The position numbers and the translations under genes were made by a program. The notes under the pieces are model-generated. The model saw only the letters and a program-made list of their open reading frames with translations, searched no databases and was not told the origin of the DNA. Below are positions 18,589 to 28,137 of a stretch of 64,000 bases of DNA, in pieces. This DNA comes from Methanobacteriota archaeon (GTDB taxonomy: Archaea > Thermoplasmatota > Poseidoniia > Poseidoniales > Poseidoniaceae). Position 1 is the stretch's first letter; each line of letters opens with the position of its first letter. The stretch covers positions 1-64,000 of the forward strand of contig JABIGM010000035.1 of the NCBI GenBank assembly GCA_018650165.1. Direction: 5' to 3'.

Positions 18589-20294
18589 GATTCATCCACC
18601 TCGTTAGCCTTCTTCCAAGATTGTAATTCTTTTTCGATATCGATCTTCCTTTGTGGTAAACTTGAGGCCTGTGAACGGTTAGACAAATTGCGTTTAACCA
18701 CAATCCCTCTGGCGGCAACAGGGCTCATCACATTCTTGGAGCGGGTCCTCTTTTTTGCTGCAGCATCCAATGCTTTAGGGCCGAGTTTGGTTTCCGGAAG
18801 TTGCGTATTTCGGCGTGTAGATTTTTGTCTAACAACATCATCTAAATCATTTGGAATTATTGAAGGAATTTCTGGAAGATTACCTTCCCGGCCCATTCCA
18901 ATTACTGTTTTTGGAAGGAAATCATTAGTTGGCATTTCAGCATCTATCGCCCCGGAAGTGGCTGCTGCAAGTCCCGCACTTCGAGCTTCATCGCTACTCA
19001 TGACGGTAGAGTGCTTCGATTTTCTTCTCTTAATACGTTGAGCAATGCGTGGACCCTTCGCTAATTTTGGCGGAGAAATATCTTCCACGATATCTTCTTC
19101 AATGTTCTCAGTGATGATGATTTCCTCTTTAGAGACTTCAATCATGAGTTCTTCTGCGTCTTGCTCTTCAACCACTTCAGTGGTAATTGGGACTTCGGGT
19201 GTGAGTTCATTCCCAAATTGTGGAGGAGTGTTTGCCTCTAAAAATTCGGCTAGGCGAAGAAGTTCCTCTTCGGTTGGTGGAGCCATAATGGGATGGGTGT
19301 GAAGGGATTCGGAATCAGCATTCCATGCAGTGAGAACCCCGGTTTCAAGATAGGGAGCGGCACGCATTAGTTGTGCAGATTCAGATTTGCTCCATGCAGC
19401 CTTATCGCAGGAGATTAATAGGCAATCATCCTCGAACCTCATTCTGTCTCCAAGTTCACGGACCATATCGATTACTTCTTTCGTGCCACATATCTTTGAG
19501 AGATACTCTAGACCGTCCAGTAACAATACTGCCCGCAGATTACCTTCAAGAAATTCATACACTCGAGACTTGATTGCATCAATGCCAACTTTTTGGACAC
19601 CCTCGGATTCAATTTGTGAAAGCCAAAGGCAGTCATCCTTCGTCAAGTTATAATTCGCAATTAAATCATCTTGAGTACGTCGACTTATCACAAGGACAGG
19701 TTTGCCATGAGATTTGAGGTTTGAAACCAGCGTGAACAATCCGTCGGTCTCATTTGAATACACACTGCCGGGCTTGAGCAATATGCTACCGACTGCATGT
19801 CTGTGCACCATGGCAGCAGCCTTTGCTTGGATGAATTCAGGTGCTTCCTCCGAAGCTTCAATTGTTGGCAAGCGGCTCGATTTTGTCCAACTAGTACGGC
19901 GATTACTAACTTCATTCCACCACTCCGATGAACGGTTAGCCTCGGGAGTTTCAACATTTAACCTCGCATTTGGATGAATATCTAAAATTCTGAAAACATC
20001 GACATCTTCGATTAATTGGAGAATACAATCCAGTTCATTACAATCAGTTTCTATCTCAATGAGAGCGTCTACACTTTCCAAAACGGATTTAGCCTCGTGT
20101 ATCGCAGCAGAAATCGTACCATTGCTAACGATGACTTGTCCCACTCTCGGCATTGATTCAGCAGGAGTTCTTTCGCACCGGATATAGCCCTCAATACCGA
20201 GTTTGTTCATCTCATTAATCAGGGTAGCAAGAATGCCGGCGCCACCGCGCCTTTCCTCGATAATATTACCTTGTGGCAACTCGACCATACGCAC
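18585..20294 (-). CDS. DUF2226/PATAN-like N-terminal domain plus DUF835 (inactive KaiC-like) domain protein
   Basis: MVELPQG...GIEGYIRC...GQVIVSNGTISAA; PVLVISR...CLWLS...VLLLDGLEYL; low-complexity acidic then basic tail. Confidence 0.65.
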   Translation of the reverse strand: MRMVELPQGNIIEERRGGAGILATLINEMNKLGIEGYIRCERTPAESMPRVGQVIVSNGTISAAIHEAKSVLESVDALIEIETDCNELDCILQLIEDVDVFRILDIHPNARLNVETPEANRSSEWWNEVSNRRTSWTKSSRLPTIEASEEAPEFIQAKAAAMVHRHAVGSILLKPGSVYSNETDGLFTLVSNLKSHGKPVLVISRRTQDDLIANYNLTKDDCLWLSQIESEGVQKVGIDAIKSRVYEFLEGNLRAVLLLDGLEYLSKICGTKEVIDMVRELGDRMRFEDDCLLISCDKAAWSKSESAQLMRAAPYLETGVLTAWNADSESLHTHPIMAPPTEEELLRLAEFLEANTPPQFGNELTPEVPITTEVVEEQDAEELMIEVSKEEIIITENIEEDIVEDISPPKLAKGPRIAQRIKRRKSKHSTVMSSDEARSAGLAAATSGAIDAEMPTNDFLPKTVIGMGREGNLPEIPSIIPNDLDDVVRQKSTRRNTQLPETKLGPKALDAAAKKRTRSKNVMSPVAARGIVVKRNLSNRSQASSLPQRKIDIEKELQSWKKANEVDES

Positions 20295-20391
20295 CCCTAC
20301 GGGGTGTTGGTAATTCCACCCCTCTTGAATGATGGGGGTCCTAACAGCATTGTAACGAGGGTTTCATGTCCTTCTTGCGTGTGGCGAGTAT

Positions 20392-21003
20392 ATGGGCGCC
20401 CCTCGCGGATTGATTCCATTTTCCAAAACACCAATCTCAATTGCTACTAATAGACCAGATAAGCAACAACTGTACGTTATATCCCCTCTCATAGTAATAC
20501 TTCTCATCATTTCATTTTGGTTTAAATTAGCTATAATCTTGGCAATACTTTTTGGGATTATTGGTCTTATTATTGAAAGACGAATACGTTTGAAAAATTG
20601 CACCCCACTTGCGGTTAATTTGAATCATCCCTTTATGGAAACGGATTCAGTATCCGACTCAGAGGTGATGGTAAAGTTCTCAGATGAATGGATAAACCCG
20701 GGAATCCATCGCTTAAAATTAGCAAGAGATCCGATAATAGGTTGGATGGTTCACAAGCAGGATGGGGACCTGTCAATATTATCCGCATGGGATACAAAGT
20801 GGAGTGAAGCAAACCTTTCCAAACAATTAGCAATCATTAATCAAGCAATTTCATTGAATAATGCAGTGAATGATTCGAATGATGAATTCGAAGATGCACG
20901 TGTAAGGGAATCTCAGGATTCAATACTTCTTGAGCGCGAGTGGATCCCAGAAGAAGAACTAGAACTCCAGGGGCCCATTTCGAGATTCTTTACATCAGAG
21001 TAA
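20392..21003 (+). CDS. Hypothetical membrane protein
   Basis: TM hairpin followed by a soluble acidic domain. Confidence 0.75.
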   Translation: MGAPRGLIPFSKTPISIATNRPDKQQLYVISPLIVILLIISFWFKLAIILAILFGIIGLIIERRIRLKNCTPLAVNLNHPFMETDSVSDSEVMVKFSDEWINPGIHRLKLARDPIIGWMVHKQDGDLSILSAWDTKWSEANLSKQLAIINQAISLNNAVNDSNDEFEDARVRESQDSILLEREWIPEEELELQGPISRFFTSE

Positions 21004-21050
21004 GAATCCGCTCATAGTGCGAGAATGTCCCCCTACCTTCAAATGGTGAA

Positions 21051-21686
21051 TTGAGTACCATATGGGCTATGGGTGCAGATGCGGCCTGGGCTGATGGGAC
21101 CGGTTCTCTGAGCGACTCCCAGTTAGAAATGCTTACCGGCGGGGGCCTTTCAAAGCGATTTTCACGACTTCCTCTTTGGATTTCTCATCCTTCTAATATA
21201 GGGGCTTTTTATGGACTCTTAATCTCTTTAGCATTGATTCTCCCCTATTACATGACAGAACCCTTTTGGGCACCATTATGGATATATCATGCTAGTCTAT
21301 TGATTGCAGCAACTACATTTCTTGGCATGATAAGTCGAATTATGAATATCATCTTCAAAAGAATGCCAGTATCAGTAAATCGCAAAATGTTGTATCCAAT
21401 GCCTTTCATTGGTTTTACATTAGTCACCTTGATTTCTACAGAATTGATGGCAGATAATAGCATCATATCATTCCTTTCATGGTGTATTCTCATGTGCCCT
21501 GGCCCGCTTTACATTCACCTTTCATGGGCACCAAGATGGCGTCTTTTGTGTATGCTTGAAGACGGACTTAATCCGTTTGAGGGAATTGAAGTTAATGAAA
21601 AGGATTACAGCCAAGATATTTCTGAAGTTGCAGGGGAAGACGAAGAGCTGATCGAAGTAGTCGAAGATTTCTCTTCGGAAGAATGA
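21051..21686 (+). CDS. Hypothetical four-TM membrane protein
   Basis: TTG start at 21051; four hydrophobic segments, acidic tail. Confidence 0.75.
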   Translation: MSTIWAMGADAAWADGTGSLSDSQLEMLTGGGLSKRFSRLPLWISHPSNIGAFYGLLISLALILPYYMTEPFWAPLWIYHASLLIAATTFLGMISRIMNIIFKRMPVSVNRKMLYPMPFIGFTLVTLISTELMADNSIISFLSWCILMCPGPLYIHLSWAPRWRLLCMLEDGLNPFEGIEVNEKDYSQDISEVAGEDEELIEVVEDFSSEE

Positions 21687-21687
21687 G

Positions 21688-23880
21688 TTACTCCTCATCT
21701 ATTTCAACATGAATTCCATCCATTGATAGAACATATATGTCACATTCAACATATAGATTCTCATCACTCTCAAACGGATGTCCTGCCCCCAATACTTCTG
21801 CGGTAACAGTTACTTCCCAAGTACCGGTTAATGTTCGATTCCATTTGAATTGGGAAAGTATTTCATCACCATTTTGAGCCCACTGCTCACCATCGGGATA
21901 TGTCCATTCTGCGAATATGGTGATGTAATCTTCATTGTTAAAACATTGCAAATCACCAGATGTTTCAAATTGGCTTGTATCCACTCCTTCAGGAGCAGAA
22001 ATTGTCCAATCGATGTTATCTCTCCTATCGCCTACCTCAGTTTCACCTTCATCACAATAGATTACTATCTGAACAAGTGTTGCATTTCCAGGTACTACCT
22101 CGCTAGTATCGATGGATAGTGACATGCTCTCACCATCTTTCAGCGTTGCAGAATCTTCTACTTCTGCGGTATTTTCGTCCCAATCAAATCTCCATTTGTA
22201 GAGTCCTTCGGGTGCAGAAGATTCTGATGATAAAACCAATTCCCCAACTCCGCCGCCCAGAGATGTAATCAAAACCACAGCGATCATCATAGCAATCGCA
22301 GGACGTCCCTTCCATGGCTCAACCTGTTCTGAATTGAAAGTGGGAATTTTTGCCTCATTGACCTGCCGAATGATTAGAGGCGACCAAATCAATAAAAGTG
22401 CAAATAAGCCAATCATAGCTGCTAGTGATGAGAGTGTAGCACCAATCGAGTTACCCCATGACACTTGAATTGTGTAAATTGAGAGGTCGTCTCCACTCCA
22501 CCATGAACCATTGACAAATGTAGTATAGTCTTGGCCGAAATTGGTATCTTTTGCCTCAGTAAATATTGGTTTTAGGGAGTATGAAGCGGATAGGTCGTCG
22601 ATGTCATCTTCGGCTTTTCTGAATATACCGTCTTCGAATGCCGAGTTGGTAAGGGATATTGAAATCACTATCGCTGCTAAAAAGAGAGTATTCCATCCCT
22701 TTTCTTCACCCTTGATAGCATTAGATACCCGTGAAGATACCTTCTTGGTAACCACAATTAGACACAGTAACAATATGCATATCAGCGGCCATCTTAACTC
22801 CAACATTGGTTCTGCAATATTTTCTAATTCAGGATGTTCAGAATAGGAGTTGTAACTAGTACTAGTCTCTCCTTCAGATATTTCATCTAATCCAGATTGA
22901 TTATCGAAGGCTACAACGAAGGGGGACATCGTCCATGCAAAATCATGAGTTGTTTGACTTTTATTATCACCTAAATGAGTTCCTTCCCAGGTTTGCTCGA
23001 TAGAATACCACGGAGTAAATGCTGAACCTATTGCTAATAATACAGTCGTAGCGATTAGTATTGATGGTAATTTGTCAAGATGTTTGGTGAAAAATTCAGG
23101 TGGATCATCTGAGAGTAACCACCTAGGTGCCTGCTCTACATCCAATTCTTCAAACTTGGTTACAAAACAAGCTATTGCTCCAAGTAAAGTGAATATTGAA
23201 AAGAATATCAGCGCTAGAAAACCCAAATCTGGGCCCCATGTAATTTCGGAATATTGGGATACCCCATCGTCGTTTTCGCTTTCTGCATAAACGCCACCCC
23301 AAAAGCCATCATCATATTCGAATTCATCGGCACCATCATCGTCAATATCGCCAAACGCTTCATCCGAAAAATCTGAACCATATCCAATTATACTGAAAAC
23401 AAGTAACAAACTTGAGAAGGCCATGAAAGCGAGAAGGGCACCAGTAATCATCTCATGATTGATGAATTTATTGACTTGTATTCTATCCTTGATTCCAATG
23501 ATAATCAATAGAAACAAAATAGTTGAGATGAGTAACCAAGTTGACAATTCTGAATCGATGTCCACCATCATTTGCCCAAGATAGTCCTCATCATCTGGTG
23601 TACTATCTGCTTCTACAATACGTTGTGTTTCACCTCCGAACCAATCAGATGACAGATTGGAGTTATACCTATCTTCAGAACTCGAATATTCTGACATGTA
23701 GTCATCGTAAAATTCGGTGGTAGTGGTACTCTCATTATCGCTCATTTCGAAATCAGTTTCTGAAAATTTAATTTCATAGAATGGAGCATACTCCATTGCA
23801 ATGACTAGAAGTAGAGCTAGTATTGGGGTCCAAAGAATAAATCTTTCACGTTGTGATAGAATCTTCTCTTTGGCTTTCAT
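21688..23880 (-). CDS. Large acidic membrane protein with two tandem 4-TM modules and a C-terminal extracellular domain
   Basis: Repeated pattern: TM, (A/T)P(F/W)Y, acidic loop, TM, TM, ...WG(P/N)xxG, TM. Confidence 0.7.
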   Translation of the reverse strand: MKAKEKILSQRERFILWTPILALLLVIAMEYAPFYEIKFSETDFEMSDNESTTTTEFYDDYMSEYSSSEDRYNSNLSSDWFGGETQRIVEADSTPDDEDYLGQMMVDIDSELSTWLLISTILFLLIIIGIKDRIQVNKFINHEMITGALLAFMAFSSLLLVFSIIGYGSDFSDEAFGDIDDDGADEFEYDDGFWGGVYAESENDDGVSQYSEITWGPDLGFLALIFFSIFTLLGAIACFVTKFEELDVEQAPRWLLSDDPPEFFTKHLDKLPSILIATTVLLAIGSAFTPWYSIEQTWEGTHLGDNKSQTTHDFAWTMSPFVVAFDNQSGLDEISEGETSTSYNSYSEHPELENIAEPMLELRWPLICILLLCLIVVTKKVSSRVSNAIKGEEKGWNTLFLAAIVISISLTNSAFEDGIFRKAEDDIDDLSASYSLKPIFTEAKDTNFGQDYTTFVNGSWWSGDDLSIYTIQVSWGNSIGATLSSLAAMIGLFALLLIWSPLIIRQVNEAKIPTFNSEQVEPWKGRPAIAMMIAVVLITSLGGGVGELVLSSESSAPEGLYKWRFDWDENTAEVEDSATLKDGESMSLSIDTSEVVPGNATLVQIVIYCDEGETEVGDRRDNIDWTISAPEGVDTSQFETSGDLQCFNNEDYITIFAEWTYPDGEQWAQNGDEILSQFKWNRTLTGTWEVTVTAEVLGAGHPFESDENLYVECDIYVLSMDGIHVEIDEE

Positions 23881-23920
23881 GTCTTATACACATTGCATAT
23901 CACGCTTAAAACTTGAGCCG

Positions 23921-25102
23921 TCATATAAGCCCAATTTCTTTGCCTGCACTCTCGAAAATTCGAAGAACTTCATCAAGATCACCTCTTGATAATCCAGTAG
24001 ACATTTGAGTCCTAACTCTTGCCTTGTCTTTGGAAACCATTGGGAATACAATCGCTCCTGCCATGACGCCTTGGTCTAGCATTGCCTGGGACAAATCCTT
24101 CGCCCTAGATGATTCACCACACATTACTGGAATAATTGGGGTCGTAGACACACCTGTGTCGAAACCTAGTGATTGCATTTCCTTTCGGAAATACTCAGTA
24201 TTTTCCCATAATTTTGCATGGTGCTGTGGCTCTTCCATCAGCACTTCAACAGCCGCTTTTTGTGCTGCGGCTACACCTGGCGGTTGTGAACCAGATAGCA
24301 ACCATGAGCGTGAGTGATTCAGTGCATGATTGCGAACTATCTCTTTGCCTGCAACGATACCGCCCTGAACACCGAGCGCTTTCGAGAACGAACCAATTTC
24401 AAAATCGACCCTTCCTTGTAACTTGAAATGATCAACAATCCCACGGCCTCCATCACCTAGGACTCCTTCCCCATGGCAATCATCAACGAAAACCATTGCA
24501 TTGTATTCTTCAGCAAGTGATGTAAGTTCATCGAGTGGACAAACATCGCCATCCATTGAAAACACACCGTCAACAATTACTAGTTTTCTATCAGCACCTT
24601 CATTATCCTTCAGCACTTGTTCGAAAGCCCCCATGTCATTGTGCGGGAATACTGCTCGCTGTGCCTTAGTCAGTCGTACTCCATCGATAATGGAGCCATG
24701 ATTTAGTTCATCGGAAATAATTACATCTTGCTTTCCTTGAACCAATGAAGGGATTAATCCGACATTCGCAGTATACCCTGCCGAATAGATTAGTGAAGAT
24801 TCTACGCCTTTGAATTCAGCCACCTTTTGTTCCGCTTGTAAATGGATATCCATAGTTCCTGCAATCGCCCTTACCGAACCACTTCCTGCACCATATTTTC
24901 GAGTTGCAGCAATTGATGCTTCAACGACTTTAGGGTGAGTTGTTAGGTTCAAATAATTGTTAGCAGATAGCATGATTGTAGGCTTGCCATCCATTGTACA
25001 GCGGGGTTGATTTGCACTTTCAAGAGTTGGCGGTTGCCAAAGTAATGCTTGCTCTTCAAGATGCGAATATCGCTCTTCCATCCAAGATAGGTCTCCTGCC
25101 AT
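23921..25102 (-). CDS. kbl: Glycine C-acetyltransferase / 8-amino-7-oxononanoate synthase family
   Basis: SANNYLNL, GAGSGSVRAIAGT, SDELNHGSIIDGVRL, DGVFSMDGD, VDDCHGEG, GSFSKALG. Confidence 0.85.
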   Translation of the reverse strand: MAGDLSWMEERYSHLEEQALLWQPPTLESANQPRCTMDGKPTIMLSANNYLNLTTHPKVVEASIAATRKYGAGSGSVRAIAGTMDIHLQAEQKVAEFKGVESSLIYSAGYTANVGLIPSLVQGKQDVIISDELNHGSIIDGVRLTKAQRAVFPHNDMGAFEQVLKDNEGADRKLVIVDGVFSMDGDVCPLDELTSLAEEYNAMVFVDDCHGEGVLGDGGRGIVDHFKLQGRVDFEIGSFSKALGVQGGIVAGKEIVRNHALNHSRSWLLSGSQPPGVAAAQKAAVEVLMEEPQHHAKLWENTEYFRKEMQSLGFDTGVSTTPIIPVMCGESSRAKDLSQAMLDQGVMAGAIVFPMVSKDKARVRTQMSTGLSRGDLDEVLRIFESAGKEIGLI

Positions 25103-25181
25103 GCTGGACCCATGATGTAGGTTCTACATGTTGTTTACTCAAATGCAGAACAATCATGAATGAGATGCCTTTCGGCGAGTC

Positions 25182-25610
25182 ATGAGCATCGTTGGTGTTG
25201 TTTCATCGGGACTGGGTCGCGCTCACATTTTCATGTCGCAGCACCACTACCAAGAACAATTCAAAACAGTGATTGGGATGAGTGCATGGCCCGGTACTCT
25301 CAATGTTAAAGTAAAAGGGGACTCACTAATCCAATACCAGAAGTTGCGAGTAACAGCAGGCCTTGATGAAGGTGAGGCAAGTAATATTCTTGCACACCGA
25401 ATCAAAGGATTTGACCGTGATGGTGTTTCATTTGGGGGTGCGACTGCTTTCCTTGCACGCATCCAGTGTGGCGAAGGAAACCATGATTGTGCAATTTTGA
25501 TTCCTGACCTCACCCGCCATGAAGATGTTGTAGAAGTGATTGCAGGTATTTTTTTGCGAGAGGCCTGTGATTTGAGCGATGGAGACGAAGTCAGTATTGT
25601 CCTTCAATAA
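25182..25610 (+). CDS. ribK: CTP-dependent riboflavin kinase (archaeal)
   Basis: GVVSSGLGRA, WPGTLNV, PDLTRH, VVEVIA, LSDGDEV. Confidence 0.85.
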   Translation: MSIVGVVSSGLGRAHIFMSQHHYQEQFKTVIGMSAWPGTLNVKVKGDSLIQYQKLRVTAGLDEGEASNILAHRIKGFDRDGVSFGGATAFLARIQCGEGNHDCAILIPDLTRHEDVVEVIAGIFLREACDLSDGDEVSIVLQ

Positions 25611-26451
25611 TATCAAATTGTCTAACAAGAATTTCCTTTTGCTGTTGGCGACATAATTCCTGCCAACGTGAACTAGAATGGTCTGGTTTTGGAATAATTG
25701 GCTCTTCAGAAACAAGGTCTGGAATACCATCCCAAGATACGGACCACAGAATTAGCCAATCAGGGTCTGCAAGACCTAAATCAATTTCAGTTTGGGGATT
25801 GTCACGTGCTTCTAGAACACGCTCAATACTCCTGTAGCTAGTAATTACGGCTAGCATTGCATTTGCAATTCGTCTAACTTGGTTCCAGACAAAAGCCTCA
25901 CCAATGATTTCAAATCCAATAATTCGACCTGAATTAATCCATGGTTTACAAGACTCTACAACACGTTTTGTCGTTCGTCCCGGCTCCCTTCGGCAAAAAT
26001 TAGCCCAATTGTGCTCTCCTGTGAAAATTGAACAGAGACTCTTGAATTCCTCAAGTTCTGGCTCGACCCATCCTTCCATGCACTCCATTCGATAACGGTA
26101 TGTACGGTATAGCGCTCGCCGTGGACTCCAATCATCAGCGACTTGTCTTGCATCTATCAAAGAGATGCTATCTGGGATTTGGTGGCCAACAGCCTTGACA
26201 AATCCGGCCTCACCCATTGCATCCCAGCGATTTTGGTCGATGTCAATGAAGCCACCATTGAGTCTGACGTGAACTCCCGAATCAGTCCGACTAGCCATCG
26301 AAACAGGAATCCGTTCAGTAGTCCATTTCAATTTCTTCTTGAAAATATGCATGAACGTACCCTGAACCGTAGGAACATCAGGTTGAACTTGGCTGCCATG
26401 AAAGCAATCACCATAGTGGCCGAAACGGAAGGCTATTCGCGCCTTCCCCAT
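25591..26451 (-). CDS. truA: tRNA pseudouridine(38-40) synthase
   Basis: YGDCFHGSQVQPDVPTVQG, ASRTDSGVH, YRY, GEHNWANF, FVWNQVRRI; ATG 26451. Confidence 0.92.
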   Translation of the reverse strand: MGKARIAFRFGHYGDCFHGSQVQPDVPTVQGTFMHIFKKKLKWTTERIPVSMASRTDSGVHVRLNGGFIDIDQNRWDAMGEAGFVKAVGHQIPDSISLIDARQVADDWSPRRALYRTYRYRMECMEGWVEPELEEFKSLCSIFTGEHNWANFCRREPGRTTKRVVESCKPWINSGRIIGFEIIGEAFVWNQVRRIANAMLAVITSYRSIERVLEARDNPQTEIDLGLADPDWLILWSVSWDGIPDLVSEEPIIPKPDHSSSRWQELCRQQQKEILVRQFDIIEGQY

Positions 26452-26461
26452 CTGCTTCACC

Positions 26462-26983
26462 TCAATCTTCGCGAGAGAGCATTTCAATTGCGTCTTCTGG
26501 ACTGTATCCCAATCCACCAACCGACCAAATAAGGGCCTGTTTGAGCCATGGTTGCACCATGGGGTTTTGCTTCGAGGGGTCCATCACTTCAATTGCATCA
26601 ACGATGTTTCGACTGGCGCTAAACAGTACTTCGTCAACAGGAATATCTTCAATTTCTAGTCTTCGAGCGTAGCGTTGAAATTCTTTAACAGCAACTGGTA
26701 TTCTTCGGCACTCAAGAGCGAATGTGGCAAAATCACCGATATACTCGACGTTTTCTTCATCCATCTGCATGGCTTTTTTGTAAGCCATCATGATCTTTCC
26801 ACCTGGGATCACGTCATCTTGTGCTTCGGTGTTTTTCATGTTTGCAAATTCGGCATACATGTGGTGAACTTCTGCATTTGTTTTATGGCTCGACATCAAA
26901 TCATCGAGTTCTGCAATGGCGCCATCAAGGTCACCGTTGCGTAATTTTTCAATCGGTCCCTGGAGTACATTGTCATCGCTCAT
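26462..26983 (-). CDS. TPR-like helical protein
   Basis: GDLDGAIAEL...AEVHHMYA...AYKKAMQMDEEN pattern. Confidence 0.6.
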   Translation of the reverse strand: MSDDNVLQGPIEKLRNGDLDGAIAELDDLMSSHKTNAEVHHMYAEFANMKNTEAQDDVIPGGKIMMAYKKAMQMDEENVEYIGDFATFALECRRIPVAVKEFQRYARRLEIEDIPVDEVLFSASRNIVDAIEVMDPSKQNPMVQPWLKQALIWSVGGLGYSPEDAIEMLSRED

Positions 26984-27033
26984 ATCGTCGCCTCTATTTT
27001 GTGGGCATCCTTACAGTTTTTGAAACCTGTGTG

Positions 27034-28077
27034 TCAATCTTGATTTTCTACTAACTGATTCTTTAGTTCATTAAGAATGTCAGATTGTTTGGTGATCTGA
27101 CCCGATTGGCTATGTTTTTGATGCATTTCATTAAGCAAATTTTCTGTAAATTTCCAGTTAGTAATACAGAAGAAAGAATATCTTGGATCTGGTAAATCTA
27201 CTTTACGAGATTTTTGATATGTTACGAAGGCGAACATTCGCTTGAATAGACTTTTAGTCACCTGTGATTCAATGCTTCCTCCTTCTCCAGAACCACCGCC
27301 TCCAAATGCACCAACGGATACAGACATCGAATCATCTCCAAGCCCCAATTGGCTACCAGTGTCACAAACAATGGTATTGTATCCCATGAGAGCACCCAAA
27401 AAGGTTCTTTGGGTTCTTATCTCGTTGATGTTGTCGAAGAGAATACGTCGCCCATCTCCTGGGATGATTAAATGCTGAGTAAAAATCACTCGATGGTTGG
27501 TGATTGCATAATGGAAACTTCTCTGATAAAATATTGTAATAACAGAAAACAAAGATGCCCAAAAGATTCCAAAGAACATAAAATTGTAAGTGTCCAATGG
27601 TATGAATCCTGAATCCTTGTTCATAACCCAAGCGATAAAGTCATCCAAACGTAAAATTGGTGGAGTCAATGAAACAATCAGGAGGAATACTGTTGTCCAT
27701 TTTCCACTAGTTGAGCCATTTACCATTCTGTTGAACCAGGTAATTGCTAGCATCACAACTACAAACCCAATTTCGCCGATCGTGGTCAAATCGATTAACC
27801 AAACCATAAGTGTCACAAATAAATTATCCTCGCTAGTTGCTTCCCATTCATATGAAAACAGGAAATGGACTCCGAAAATAAGTACTGACAAAAAATACAT
27901 TGAAATAAATGCAAAGTATGAAGGTTTGACCTCATGTAGAATTTCTTCATCAGCGGTTAGGCGAAATCTATCACGTAACGACTCTTTAGTATTCGTTTTT
28001 ACAGGCGCTGAGTCAGGCATTTCTTGCATCTCTTCAGTCTGTTTTTCTTCAGCAGGTGAAACTTCCTCATCGGACAT
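27034..28077 (-). CDS. Membrane protein with bacterial PH (bPH_2)-like domain
   Basis: HEVKPS start, several TM helices, YAITNHRVI...ILFDNINEI...QRTFLGALMGY. Confidence 0.7.
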   Translation of the reverse strand: MSDEEVSPAEEKQTEEMQEMPDSAPVKTNTKESLRDRFRLTADEEILHEVKPSYFAFISMYFLSVLIFGVHFLFSYEWEATSEDNLFVTLMVWLIDLTTIGEIGFVVVMLAITWFNRMVNGSTSGKWTTVFLLIVSLTPPILRLDDFIAWVMNKDSGFIPLDTYNFMFFGIFWASLFSVITIFYQRSFHYAITNHRVIFTQHLIIPGDGRRILFDNINEIRTQRTFLGALMGYNTIVCDTGSQLGLGDDSMSVSVGAFGGGGSGEGGSIESQVTKSLFKRMFAFVTYQKSRKVDLPDPRYSFFCITNWKFTENLLNEMHQKHSQSGQITKQSDILNELKNQLVENQD

Positions 28078-28137
28078 AAATACCTCTTCCCGATTTTTAT
28101 CAAAACCTAGTCGATGATGAACCTTGCGGCGATTTAC

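Noticed and set aside
25115-25129. Inverted repeat ATGTAG-GTT-CTACAT between kbl and ribK
   Set aside because: Only 6-bp arms, within chance expectation, no second copy noticed
9997-25610. Convergent 3' overlaps (9997-10028, 15075-15087, 25591-25610)
   Set aside because: Short tail-to-tail overlaps are normal in streamlined genomes
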